Of a DNA stretch of 64,000 bases, positions 1-45,900 are shown one piece after another. Source of the stretch: Mobula hypostoma (lineage: Eukaryota); NCBI RefSeq assembly GCF_963921235.1, contig NC_086109.1, forward strand, positions 22,260,001 to 22,324,000, read 5' to 3'. Positions within the stretch are counted from its first letter, which is position 1, and every line of letters starts with the position of its first letter. The notes beneath the pieces are model-generated. The model worked only from the letters and a program-made list of their open reading frames with translations, made no database searches and had not been told where the DNA came from. The position numbers and the translations under genes were made by a program.

Positions 1-118
1 GTGATCTGGTAACTGGAGGGAGATGTTCATATTACTAAATCAGGTTAATTGAGTAGACAGAACATTCTTCATCTTGGACAGTTTGAGTATCTTCTTTCTC
101 CACCTCAACTCCTGCAGA

Positions 119-35005
<34,887 letters not shown>

Positions 35006-35559
35006 TTGTTGTTCATCTTACCTAATTACAAACATACAAAATAAACTAGAATTCAGTTTTGGGTCTCAGCATGGTACTGATGGGATTCATGAAATTATCA
35101 AACGTAATCTCAAACTTACAAACCATACGTGATTTAAGAGCAAAACAAACTGCTCCCCCCACCAGAGTATTCTTTTACCTTCAGACCATCCCCACAACAG
35201 AATCCCATTCTACTTCTCCATCCCCCCACCAGAGCAGAGGTTTCCCTCCCCGTCTCCCCCCGCCCTTAGCTTGAACCCTTTGAACCCTCCTCTCCCCCAC
35301 CCCAGCACCAGAGCCTTCATCCCAGTAACCAGAGCCTCCCTTTGTTCCACCTCCTGCCTGAATATATATCCCTCTATATCCCCTCCCCACCACCAGACCA
35401 GGATCCTCCCTCCTTCTCGTCACTATCTAGAAGCTCCTTTCTTCCCTGCACCCTACCCCCTCCCCGCGTCCCTCCAACATCTCCTCCTCGCCCCTCACTA
35501 GGATCCCTCAACCATCTCCTCCCTCGCCCCTACCCATCAGGTCCCTTCCCATCTCATTT

Positions 35560-35940
35560 TCCTCCCTTCTTCAGCCCCGGCCGGGCCGCCCCATCTCCCC
35601 CTCTCTTCCTCCCCCTCCCAGGTACCGGCTGGAGCCGCGGCCCAGTCTGTTCCCGTTCCTGCCCCCGGCCCCGGCCTCACCTGCTCCCGTCTGCCCACGA
35701 CCAGGCAGTGGGCCGCGGCCAACGTCTGAGATGTGCATGCAGCCCGTTCGTTGCACGAGAGGAAGAAGCAGCCGTCTGTTATGAATATTGATGAGTGTTT
35801 ATGCAGCGTCATGAATAGTAATGAACGAATATTTAAAAACATCCGCCCCTTCCGCCGCACAAGGGAGCAGAAAATCGTAAATTTGCGCTCCAAGGTCCCA
35901 GTTTTGTTTTAATCATTTCAATCTCATAACGCGACGTTAG
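35560..35940 (-). promoter_or_regulatory. CpG-island-like PHTF1 promoter
   Basis: Strongest local CpG/GC enrichment outside the repeats; GC box CCGCCCC at 35843-35849; lies directly upstream of the start-codon exon. Confidence 0.75.
35681..35780 (-). other. PHTF1: PHTF1 non-coding exon 1 (5' limit uncertain)
   Basis: CAG|GTGAGG donor at 35681/35680 within a CpG-rich segment. Confidence 0.7.
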
Positions 35941-35994
35941 ATTTATCATCTTTGTGTAGCAAAGCTGGCAGTGCAATTGAAAACACTGACTTTA

Positions 35995-37555
35995 TAGTCA
36001 TAGGGCTGTGTAGCAAGGAAACAGGACCTTCAACCCCACGCCTCTACAATGACCATATCCACGCATAATAACTTAAACCTAGATGTTTGCATTGAATCCA
36101 TATCCCTGATCATTCAAATGCCGGTTCAATTGCCTCAATTATTATTATTCTTTCTGCCTCCACCACTTCGTCTGTTCGCTCCCGATAACAACTATTCTTT
36201 GTGAGAAAGAAAAAAATTACCCCTTTAAACTTTCACTTGATACCCATATCCTCTCCTTCTGGGCACCCTAGCATGGGAAAAACAATAGCACTGGCTATTA
36301 TTTTCTTTTTCTTTCATGATTTTATATACCCACTATTGTTTCATCTTTCAGCCTTACTTACTCCAGGGGAAATGGACCCAATTTATCCAATCTCTCCTTA
36401 TAACTCAACATTTCCAATTCATGTGAATCTTTGCTGCACCCACTCCAGCTCAATCACATCTTTCCTGTAGCGTGGTAACTAGAACCGCCTTTTATGCTCC
36501 ATTTGTGGCTCAACCAATGTTTTGGACAATGACTCAATGCTTTGGCCAATAAAGGCAAGCATGTAGTATGTCTTCATCTAGCCATGTCTACTTGTGTTGT
36601 AACTTTTGGGGAACCATGTACTTGTATCCCAATAATGCTTGTATCTAATCGGCAACACTCTCCAAGGCCCAGCCATGATCTGTCCACCTCCTGTCCTAGT
36701 TTAACTTCCCAAAATGTATCACTTAACATTTGCCTATGTTAAATTCCATCTGCCACAATCTTGCCCAATTAACCAGTTGACCTAGATTCTGTTGCGACCT
36801 TAGAAAACTTTCTTCCTTGCTCATTATACCTACCAGTTTTGGTGTCATCTGAAATTTACTAATCAGTAGAGGACCCAGCATCGTTCTCTGCAGCATACCA
36901 CTGCTCATATGCCTCCAAAATGAAAAATAACCCTCAAGGAGCATATGTTGCCTCCTATCTCCTAGCCGATTGTGTATCTAACTGGATCCCCTGTGCTCCA
37001 ACCATCAAGTGAAAATTTGTTAAAGATCACATAGACAATGTCTTCTACTCTACCTATGTCAATCTCCTTGATCACCTCTTCAAATAATTCAAATTCATGA
37101 TACTTGATTTTCCAAGCTGAAAGCCATACTGACTCTTCTTAACCAGTCCTTTCCGTATGCAAAGAAATCCTGTCTCTCAGAATCCTTGCAATGACCTTCA
37201 CACCACTGATACAAGGCTCACAGGCCTTTAGTAGAAAAATCTCTTCCAATACCTCAACAATCTTTTCCCTTGCTTTCCATAACATGCTAAGATACATCTG
37301 TCCACCTTTTCTTTCGTAGGATCTCCCTCGAGTCCTCCTTCATAATGTTGATATGCTTCAGGTTATCAGTGTTTTCTCCCCAGAATTCATGAGCTACCAA
37401 GCTATAGTAAATAAGATAAGAATACATTTGAGACTTTGCCCATTCCCCATTGATCCAGGTAGATTAAAGCACTGATCTTCAAGGGGTGCCTACTCTCTTG
37501 ACCTATTTAAATATACATATAGAATCTTTTATGATTCTCTTTTATTTTATCTACC
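35995..37555 (-). mobile_element. Old CR1 LINE fragments
   Basis: ORF 36723..36944 LGPLL...WARLWQMEFNIGKC. Confidence 0.75.
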
Positions 37556-37562
37556 AGAGATA

Positions 37563-38132
37563 CACTCAGTTGCCACTTTATTAGTACACCCGTATTCTTG
37601 TTTTTAAATGTGTACATCTAGCTAGCCAATCATGTGGCAGCAACTCAATGCATAAAAGCATGCAGACTTTGTCACGAGGTTCAGTTGTTGTTCAGACCAA
37701 ATATCAAAATGGAGAAGAAGTGTGTTCTAAGTGACTTTAACCATGGAATGATGGTTGATGCCAGATGGGGTGGTTTGGGTATCTCAAAAAATCAATGATC
37801 TCCTGAGATTTTCGCACAACACAATCTCTTGAGTTTACAGAGATTGGTGTGAAAAACAACAAAAAAAAATCCAGTGAACGGCAGTTCTGTGTACGAAGAA
37901 GCCTTGTTAATGAGGGAACTCAGGGTAGAATGGCTAGGCTGGTTCAAGCTGACAGGAAGGTGACAGTAACTCAAATGACCACACATCACAACAGCAGTGT
38001 GCAGAAAAGCAACGAAGGCACAATGCATTGAACCTTGAAGTCGATGGGTTACAGCAGCAGAAGACCACAAACAAACACTCAGTGGCCACTTTATTACGTA
38101 CAGGACATATCTAATAAAGCAGCCACTGAGTG
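37563..38132 (+). mobile_element. Non-autonomous Tc1/mariner element
   Basis: TA-flanked TIRs CACTCAGT(T/G)GCCACTTTATTA ... TAATAAAGCAGCCACTGAGTG; internal transposase remnant RMARLVQADRKVTVTQ. Confidence 0.85.
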
Positions 38133-38243
38133 TACATGTAGAATCTTTTGCAATTTGCTTTTATTTTCTGCTAGAGATACATAATTGCTCTCTTTTACCC
38201 TCCAAATTTCCATAAGTTTTCATAATTCTCAGAGTATGGCCTT

Positions 38244-38670
38244 ATAGAAACATAGAAACATAGAAAATAGGTGCAGGAGTAGGCCATTCGGCCCTTCGAG
38301 CCTGTACCGCCATTTATTATGATCATGGCTGATCATCCAACTCAGAACCCAGCCTTCCCTCCATACCCCCTGACCCCTGTAGCCACAAGGGCCATATCTA
38401 ACTTCCTTTTAAACATAGGTAATGAACTGGCCTCAACAGTTTGCTGTGGCAGAGAATTCCACAGATTCACCACTCTCTGTGTGAAGAAGTTTTTCCTAAT
38501 CTCGGTCCTAAAAGGTTTCCCCTCTATCCTCAAACTGTGACCCCTCGTTCTGGACCTCCCCAACATCTGGAACAATCTTCCCGCATCTAGCCTGTCCAAT
38601 CCCTTTAGGATCTTATACGTTTCAATCAGATCCCCCCTCAATCTTCTAAATTCCAACGAGTACAAGCCCA
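38244..38670 (-). mobile_element. Young CR1 3' fragment, same subfamily as 12347-14603
   Basis: ORF 38342..38689 is almost identical to the C-terminus of the 699-aa ORF; (CATAGAAA)n tail. Confidence 0.93.
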
Positions 38671-39559
38671 AAAGATGCAAGATATCCATTGTCTCCTCTT
38701 CATTTTATATATGCACAATTTTCTCTTCTGCACTGTGTATATGCTTGAATCACACTTCGCAACACAATGGTACCCGAACAGAGGACAGAGAAAGGCTTTA
38801 CCTTACATTTCTGTAAGAAATGTTACAGGATCTGAAGATTATCTGGAAGATAGAGATCAAAATCCAAGTATTAACTCACCAAACACATTCACTAACCACT
38901 GAATAACAATTGAGCTATGCTACTGATACGAGGAATGAAACATGAATAAGTGGACTCATCAATTAGTCAGTGATGCACTGTTCAGCTAGAGTAAATAGGA
39001 TGGTGTTGTTTTGGAAAATAATTGGAGATGAAGTTAGATACGGAAACTAACCCTCTGTTTGAAATTGTTAATTAGCAAATGTTCATACAGCGAGAAACAG
39101 GAATGAAATAATGTAGAAGGGGATTTTAGTTTATCTGCCTTGATTAACTTATCCTTTCATCTTTTCTCTTTTACTTACTCATGCCCAAGGATTTCTGGTA
39201 AGGTTGCCATTCATTACGTATCCCTTTGCCCTGAAGCAGCGATGGTGAGTTACCTTCAGACTGACTGCATCCACAGAGCGAAGGTACCATACAAAGTCAT
39301 TGGGAAGATTTCCAGAATTTTGACCAGCAAAGATGAGGGACTGGCAACCAACTGAAGCTTGAAAGCTGATGACATGTACCTTCCAACATTATCCTTCCAA
39401 GCGATAGGTATTGCAGGTTTGGGAAGCACTGATAAAGAATTATTCCAGTTTATTCTGTAGACAGAACAGGGCACAGCCACTCTCTGCAATGGCCAATAGG
39501 GTGTCTTTCTAAATGTTTTACTTCTCATCTTAAACACTGGTTTTAAGTGCCTCCACCAC

Positions 39560-40030
39560 AGGATACAGATCTCACTTATCTACCCTCAGCAGCCTCATTG
39601 TTTGTACACCTCCATCAGATCACCTCTCATCCTTGCCCACTCCAGGGATAACAGACATGGCCTTTCCAACGTCTCCTTATAACTGAAATGCTCCATTCCA
39701 GGCTGCATCATTGCCCCTGCATCTTTTCCAGTATAGTCACAGCCTTGTGACTGGAACTGCACACCCCTGTGAGACCCAACCAATGTTTTAATAAAATTGT
39801 AACATGAGATTCTTTGCATCACTGATGAAAGCAAACATCCTGTAAGCCTTATTCATCACCCTCTCAATATGTCCTTTCAGGGATCTGTCAACTTTTATTC
39901 CAAGGTCTTGAGTTCATCAACAATCTCTGGGGCCCTACTATTTGTTTATATCCTACCCTCACAACCTCCCAAAATGCATTACTTTTTGCTTGCTGGGATT
40001 AAATTCCATCTGTCATTGCTTTCCATTTGA
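39560..40030 (-). mobile_element. Old CR1 fragment
   Basis: ORF 39595..39834 ...LSLEWARMRGDLMEVYK. Confidence 0.7.
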
Positions 40031-42278
40031 TCAATATCACACCATAGCTATCGACAGTGCTGTTTACACAAGACTGGATAAAACTAATTGATTCTTTGAA
40101 CTATTGCCACAGAATTTCATGTCTACCTGAAGGAAGATGAGACCTTGGTTTAAGCTCTCTTTTGAAAGATCTACCTCTAACAGCACACCATTCCTTGTAT
40201 CACAGCAAATGCATCAACTTAAATGATTAAGTTTCTGGTATGGAACTTGTATTCACAACCTTCTCTCTCACAGAATGCCAGCTACCGAGCCACATTTGGC
40301 ATTTTTCCATGTTATACAGCTTCTCTCAGCTCAGATTTCAGGATACAACAGTGAGCAGCTTGATCTAATCTCTCTTCCAGGCAGACAAAGAGGGGTTCTG
40401 GTGAAGTGTGATTTCCATCAGTGGTTATTATTAAACAGCCACAAGATGTCTTTGGACTCTACATGCAGGCTGAAAGACTCATTAGGTAATGAGAAAAATT
40501 AAATCAGAATATATTGTATTGCCCAACAAGTCCAAGCCATTATTTATTCTCTATATGTGCCTCTCATCCTTCATCACTCATGTATAGGGGCAACCTTTCT
40601 CTTGCATGCCCTGAGATCTGATTGAGGTTCTTCCTCCTGAAATGTTAACTCTTTCTCTTCCCACAGATGCAGCCTGCCCTGCTGAACATTTCCAGCAGCT
40701 CCTGTTTTTATTACAGATTTCCAGTTTTTTCTTTGGTGCACCCAGTTGGGCCCTACAGGGCACACAATCTACCACGTTCTCGTTTTGAGATGGAGATGTT
40801 TCTTTTGGATTCCATGTTTAATTTCTTGGCATCCATCTTGAATGTGCCCTTCCTTAGAAGTGGAAATTTTATCCCCTCAAGATTAATGCAAAAAATCTTT
40901 ATCAAGTCACTTTTCAGCATTTGCTTTGCAGGAGAGACACACAGCCATTTGTCCTTTCCTGTTAAATGTAACCTTGCAGTACTGATATGATCTTCACAAA
41001 TCATTTTTGCATCAAGTGTCTCTGTATGTTTTTTTAAAATGAAACTGCAATCAGAATAGTGCCGAGTGTTCCAACAGTGGTCCAACCATTTGATACACAT
41101 TTAATATAATTTTGATGCCAATATGAAGCAGGGTGCTGAGCTCAGCTTCAATCATTAATTCTTGGGAAATGTTTTGTGCACAATTGCAGAAGCCTGCTGC
41201 TTTCCAGTGCTGGCATCAGGCAATCCATTTACTTGTGTCCTTATTTCAAGATCAACTGCTGAACTATTGCACACACTGGGAATGTAATCTAGATTTACGG
41301 TCACCAATTGTCCATAAATTCAATTACATCGAAGTCAGAAGACATAGTCACATTTAGCTTTATATTCATCTTGATGTCAATTAGTTAATTGCTCATTTTC
41401 TCTCTGTTCAGTTCTCAGTGAAGCCTCAGGCACGAGATAGGCTGAGCAGATAACACTAAGCTCAGAAGGTGCTGAGTTTAAGTTCCATTGACTGAATTTA
41501 AGCAGACACACACACAGGTAAGAATTTAAATCAGGTCATTAAAATTAAATTATGCATCTTGAATGTAGTGCTTAAAATGAGTTAATTAGGTAATTAGTAT
41601 TAAGCGTAATTATGAAAATTGCAGCTGGGGCAATCACCAGGGTGTATGGGACAATTATCAATGGTTGAGATTGGGTATATTTCAGTACTTTATGAGAGTA
41701 ACTACATTTCAAAAGTGCTCCCTTGGCTATAAAGTCATTTGATGTATCCTAAAAGAATGTGAAAGGCACATCGTTCTTTATTAAGTTCATGTCATGTAAC
41801 TGTAAATGATCTTTGATGATTCTAAAGGTTTCTGTAGATGCCAAGGATTCTAAGCACTTACTAGTAGAGCAAAGTTGTTTGAAATGGGGTGGGAAGAAGT
41901 GGTTGAAAATACATTAAGAGTGGGAGTGCAAATGCAGAGAGGTCTGTAGTGTATTGATGAGGGATATAGCAAGGAGGAGCAATAAGAATGGAGTGCAAGC
42001 TGAGAGTGGGAGGGGAAGGGATACATACAGATAAAGGCAGGAAACCAGCAACCTTTCATAGAAATAGTCGTACAGTACAGAATTGGGCTGTTGGCCTATC
42101 AAGTCCATGCCAGCTTTTATGCCTATCTACCCTAATGCTATTTGCCTGTATTAATACATTATTCCTTTGAGTGACTAAATGCCTTTGAAATGTATTAATT
42201 ATCTTTTCACTTAAGATCGTCTACCAGGAAACTAACCCTAATTGCTTAGAAAACTGTCATTCCACTTCATGTTCTGCC

Positions 42279-42410
42279 ATCCTGCCGAAGGGTTTTGGCT
42301 CGAAATGTCGACTGCACTCTTTTCCTAGATGCTGCCTGGCCTGCTGAGTTCCTCCAGCAATTGTGTGTGTTGCTCAGATTCCCAGCATCTGCAGATTTTC
42401 TCGTTTGTCA
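42279..42410 (+). mobile_element. Penelope-derived terminal repeat with a mutated hammerhead core (CTGCCGA)
   Basis: Homologous to 53230-53372. Confidence 0.8.
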
Positions 42411-42667
42411 CTCCATTCTATAGTTGTTTTATGTGGAGAGCATCAAAGCACTGCAGATGCCAGATAGCATTATCTAAAATCAAATCTCTCACCCTTTATT
42501 TCCTCAGTATATCCAGTTGCAATAACTACATTTAAGGACTTTACTGGATTACTACATCTACGGCACACCATGAGAGAACTATTTAACATTTTTTCCCCCT
42601 CCTAATTACACAGCATGTATAAAACTAGCAATGGTAATATTTTGCAGGGCCCTATTTAAAAATTTTT

Positions 42668-42938
42668 GCCGGCTGGTGGCGTAGTGGCATCAGCGCTGGA
42701 ATTCGGGGCAAGAGGTCCTGAGTTCAAATCCAGCCGGCTCCCTTGCACGCTCTCCATCCGTGCCTGGGTTGAGTGTCGAGCTAACAACTCAACCTCGTAA
42801 AAAAAGAACCTGGAGTGGGATGGGCTCTGCCAGATTTCAGATGCCCAAGACACGCTGTACGATGAACATACCAAAAGCTTGTTATGACGGTGTCCCGACG
42901 ACTCCACCAGGAGTTAAGGGCGCACACACAAACACACA
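42668..42938 (+). mobile_element. tRNA-derived SINE with A and B boxes and a (CA)n tail
   Basis: A box TGGCGTAGTGG at 42677-42687; B box GAGTTCAAATCC at 42720-42731; ends GCACACACAAACACACA. Confidence 0.8.
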
Positions 42939-45900
42939 TTTTTAAATTTACACTTTGCACAAAACATCTCAAGTGCAATAAACAGTGATGATATCACAAG
43001 ACTAAAAGACATGAGCATAGACATAGATAGACTGTAGAAATAGACAAATACATAGCAGATGAAATTCAATGCAGATAAGTGTGACTTGATAATTTCTGGT
43101 ACATTGAGAAAAGTCAACACATCCTAAATAGTACAATTTTAAATAGGGCTCAAGAACAGAAACTAGGTTTCTATTATTTTGCACAGATCATTAAAAAGTA
43201 ATAAGACAAATTAAATAAACCAGTTAGGAACATAATGCATTGCTAAATCTATGTTTAATAAGTTTGTTCAACTGAACTGGTGTCCTGTACTTGATATTAG
43301 GAATATTGCAGAAGCTTTGGATGGGATGTGAAGGTGACCCATAGATTGTGTCATCTGCTTCAAATCCCAGTGGGTTCAGTTTCCAGTGACTGAAGGGTGA
43401 CACTAGAAGGCATGGAAGTTGGACATGGGCAAAAGTAACAGACAATGTAAGTGAAAACCTTAAAACAGAATACATTTATTTTGTAGCTTATAGAAATTTT
43501 ATGTGTCTGTACTACTGCCATGAAACAACACATCATAAAACAGTGATAATAAATGAGATTCTGATTGAATACCTTTTCAGAGATATGGTACAAGGGGTAG
43601 TGGACAGAGAATCAATGAGAGCCTTAAAGAAAGACTTGGTTAAATTCTTAAAGAAAACCCTTTTGGGGCTTACCTGGAAAAAGTGTGAAGTAGAACTAAC
43701 TGCATTAAAGAAATAACAGGTTTGATGAAGTGAGTAGCCTTCTGTGTACAATATTCTATGATCTGGAATGTAGACTAAGTCACTGGTGGAGGAGTCATAT
43801 TAAAGAATGAAAATATGCAACCCATCATCTCAGGGCAATTAGGAGGGATGTTAGCATAGATTCATAGCATAGAACAATAACAGCTTCTTCATGCCAACCA
43901 AGATGCCCATCTATTTGCTGGCATCAGAGCAATATCCCTCTAAACCTTTCCAACATACCTGTCCCACTGTCTTTAAAGATTGTGATTGCATCCATCTCTA
44001 CCATCTCCTCCCGCTGTTATTGCATAGAACCACCACTTGATGTATTTACAAATAAGCTAATAACTGCATGAGGGAAAAAGGAATGCTACGATATTCTGAT
44101 GAAATTAAACAGTATAGTTGGCTCAACTCTTAACACTTACAGACTAGTTGGATTAAATGTCCTGTTTGTGTGCAGTATTTTTTAAGTTACAGAAAATTAC
44201 AGTTTCCTTCATTAAAATAACATCAATAAAAAAAAACAACTTCAGAACTTTTTCCAGTTTATTTAAAAAAATACTTCAAAGAAATTTTCTATGTATTCCA
44301 TCTGCACGCTCAAATTTAAAATCTTACAAAGCAACATTTTAAAAGGTTAAAACATGCTTCATATAGTGAACTAAAGAAATTCACTGAGCAAAAGGTTAAT
44401 ATCACATAGAGATTTATTTATCTTAAAATGTACCATTCGCTCACACTCCGCTTCATTAAAAAGTTATTACACCCTCTGGTGAGACAAGAATTTATAGGGG
44501 TTGTGATGGAACTAAGGCCAAGCAAAGCAAATCTTACTTCCCAAGCAAATGCCATTCTGAAAATTTTATTTGCAAGTGAGGTTCTCATGAACAATTTCCT
44601 CCATGGACCACTGTTTTACAGATTCACATGCGGCTGTGGAACAGTACTTTGCATTGACAGTGGAATTGGCTGTCTGTCCAAAATAGTCAAGTGTCCATCA
44701 ACAAACTAACACATACTGCACTTATCCCTTTAGTTTTGAATTGTACCGGGCAAGTGGAAAGAAAATACATTAAGAGTGGTGCACTCCTGAGGATGCAAGT
44801 CTGCTGTTGCATCAAAAGAAAATTAGTGCCTTTTCTATTCTATTTATTCTGAGAGATCACAAATGTTCTTTTGGTTCTCTTCCAATTTCCAGTAGATTAG
44901 ACCAAAAAGCCATTATTTTCTTCATGACTGTAGATTGACTTGACTTGCGGAGAGCACATTTTCCAGTAGCTACCACTTGACACCAAAATCCCAGAAAGCT
45001 TTTTGGTGCCTCTTCTTGTCACCATCCCTTTACTCAGACTGCTATCACTGACCAGCTGTATAGCTCCAGAGCTGTAATATTCCTTGATTAAGAAATGCAG
45101 ATACATTGAAGATATTTCCAGGTCGGGGTAGGCCATTAAAAAAAAAATCAGGGCTCAACCAGGTAATTCACTATAACTCCAAATGAAATTCAGGACAAAT
45201 CCCTCAACTACAAAAATGGTGAGAATGTGGAGTGCCTGCCACATAACTACTGAAGGAACAGCACTAATGGAAAGATCCCTTCGGTTGACTTGCAATCTCA
45301 TATTTAATGTCGGGTGACACCAACATTTTTGCAGTCTTGATCTATTAGAAGTAGTCAAAATTTTCAAACAAAGCCTGATTAACAGCAACCCTTCAGCTCT
45401 GTTAACACCTCTGACCCTGGTCGGCAGTTGACATTCTGGTAGTGCAGAAGAAAGGACACAAAGCAAGATATTTTACCTTGGTGAGTGGGAACATATGGCA
45501 GATGACAGATTTGAAGTCAATGACTGATTTGTGTAGCCAGCAATCAATTTACTATGATCTATCTTACACCACCCTCCCTCTGAAGCAAATGTCTAAAATG
45601 AGAGATGTACTCAATCTGACAGTCCAATGATCTCCCAGAATGGGCAGGCACAAAGCTCGTCAATGGGTCAACTTCAGGAATGATCTTATGCATCTAAGAA
45701 TGGATGGACATACTTGCAGCTTGATTGTGTAATGATCTCAAGAACAGACATGCCCACTTGCAGTGTGGCACCATATTACAGTATTCTGAAGATTTGTAAG
45801 CCAATGATACCAATAATGCATGCAGATTGGCTGAAAAGTTTACATTAATGTAAATATACTTAACAGAAATACAAAAATACAATACCCTTCTGGGCATTAA

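Noticed and set aside
35181..35893. Pro/Gly-rich ORFs in the promoter region (e.g. 35342..35791)
   Set aside because: Low-complexity by-products of GC skew with no recognisable domain
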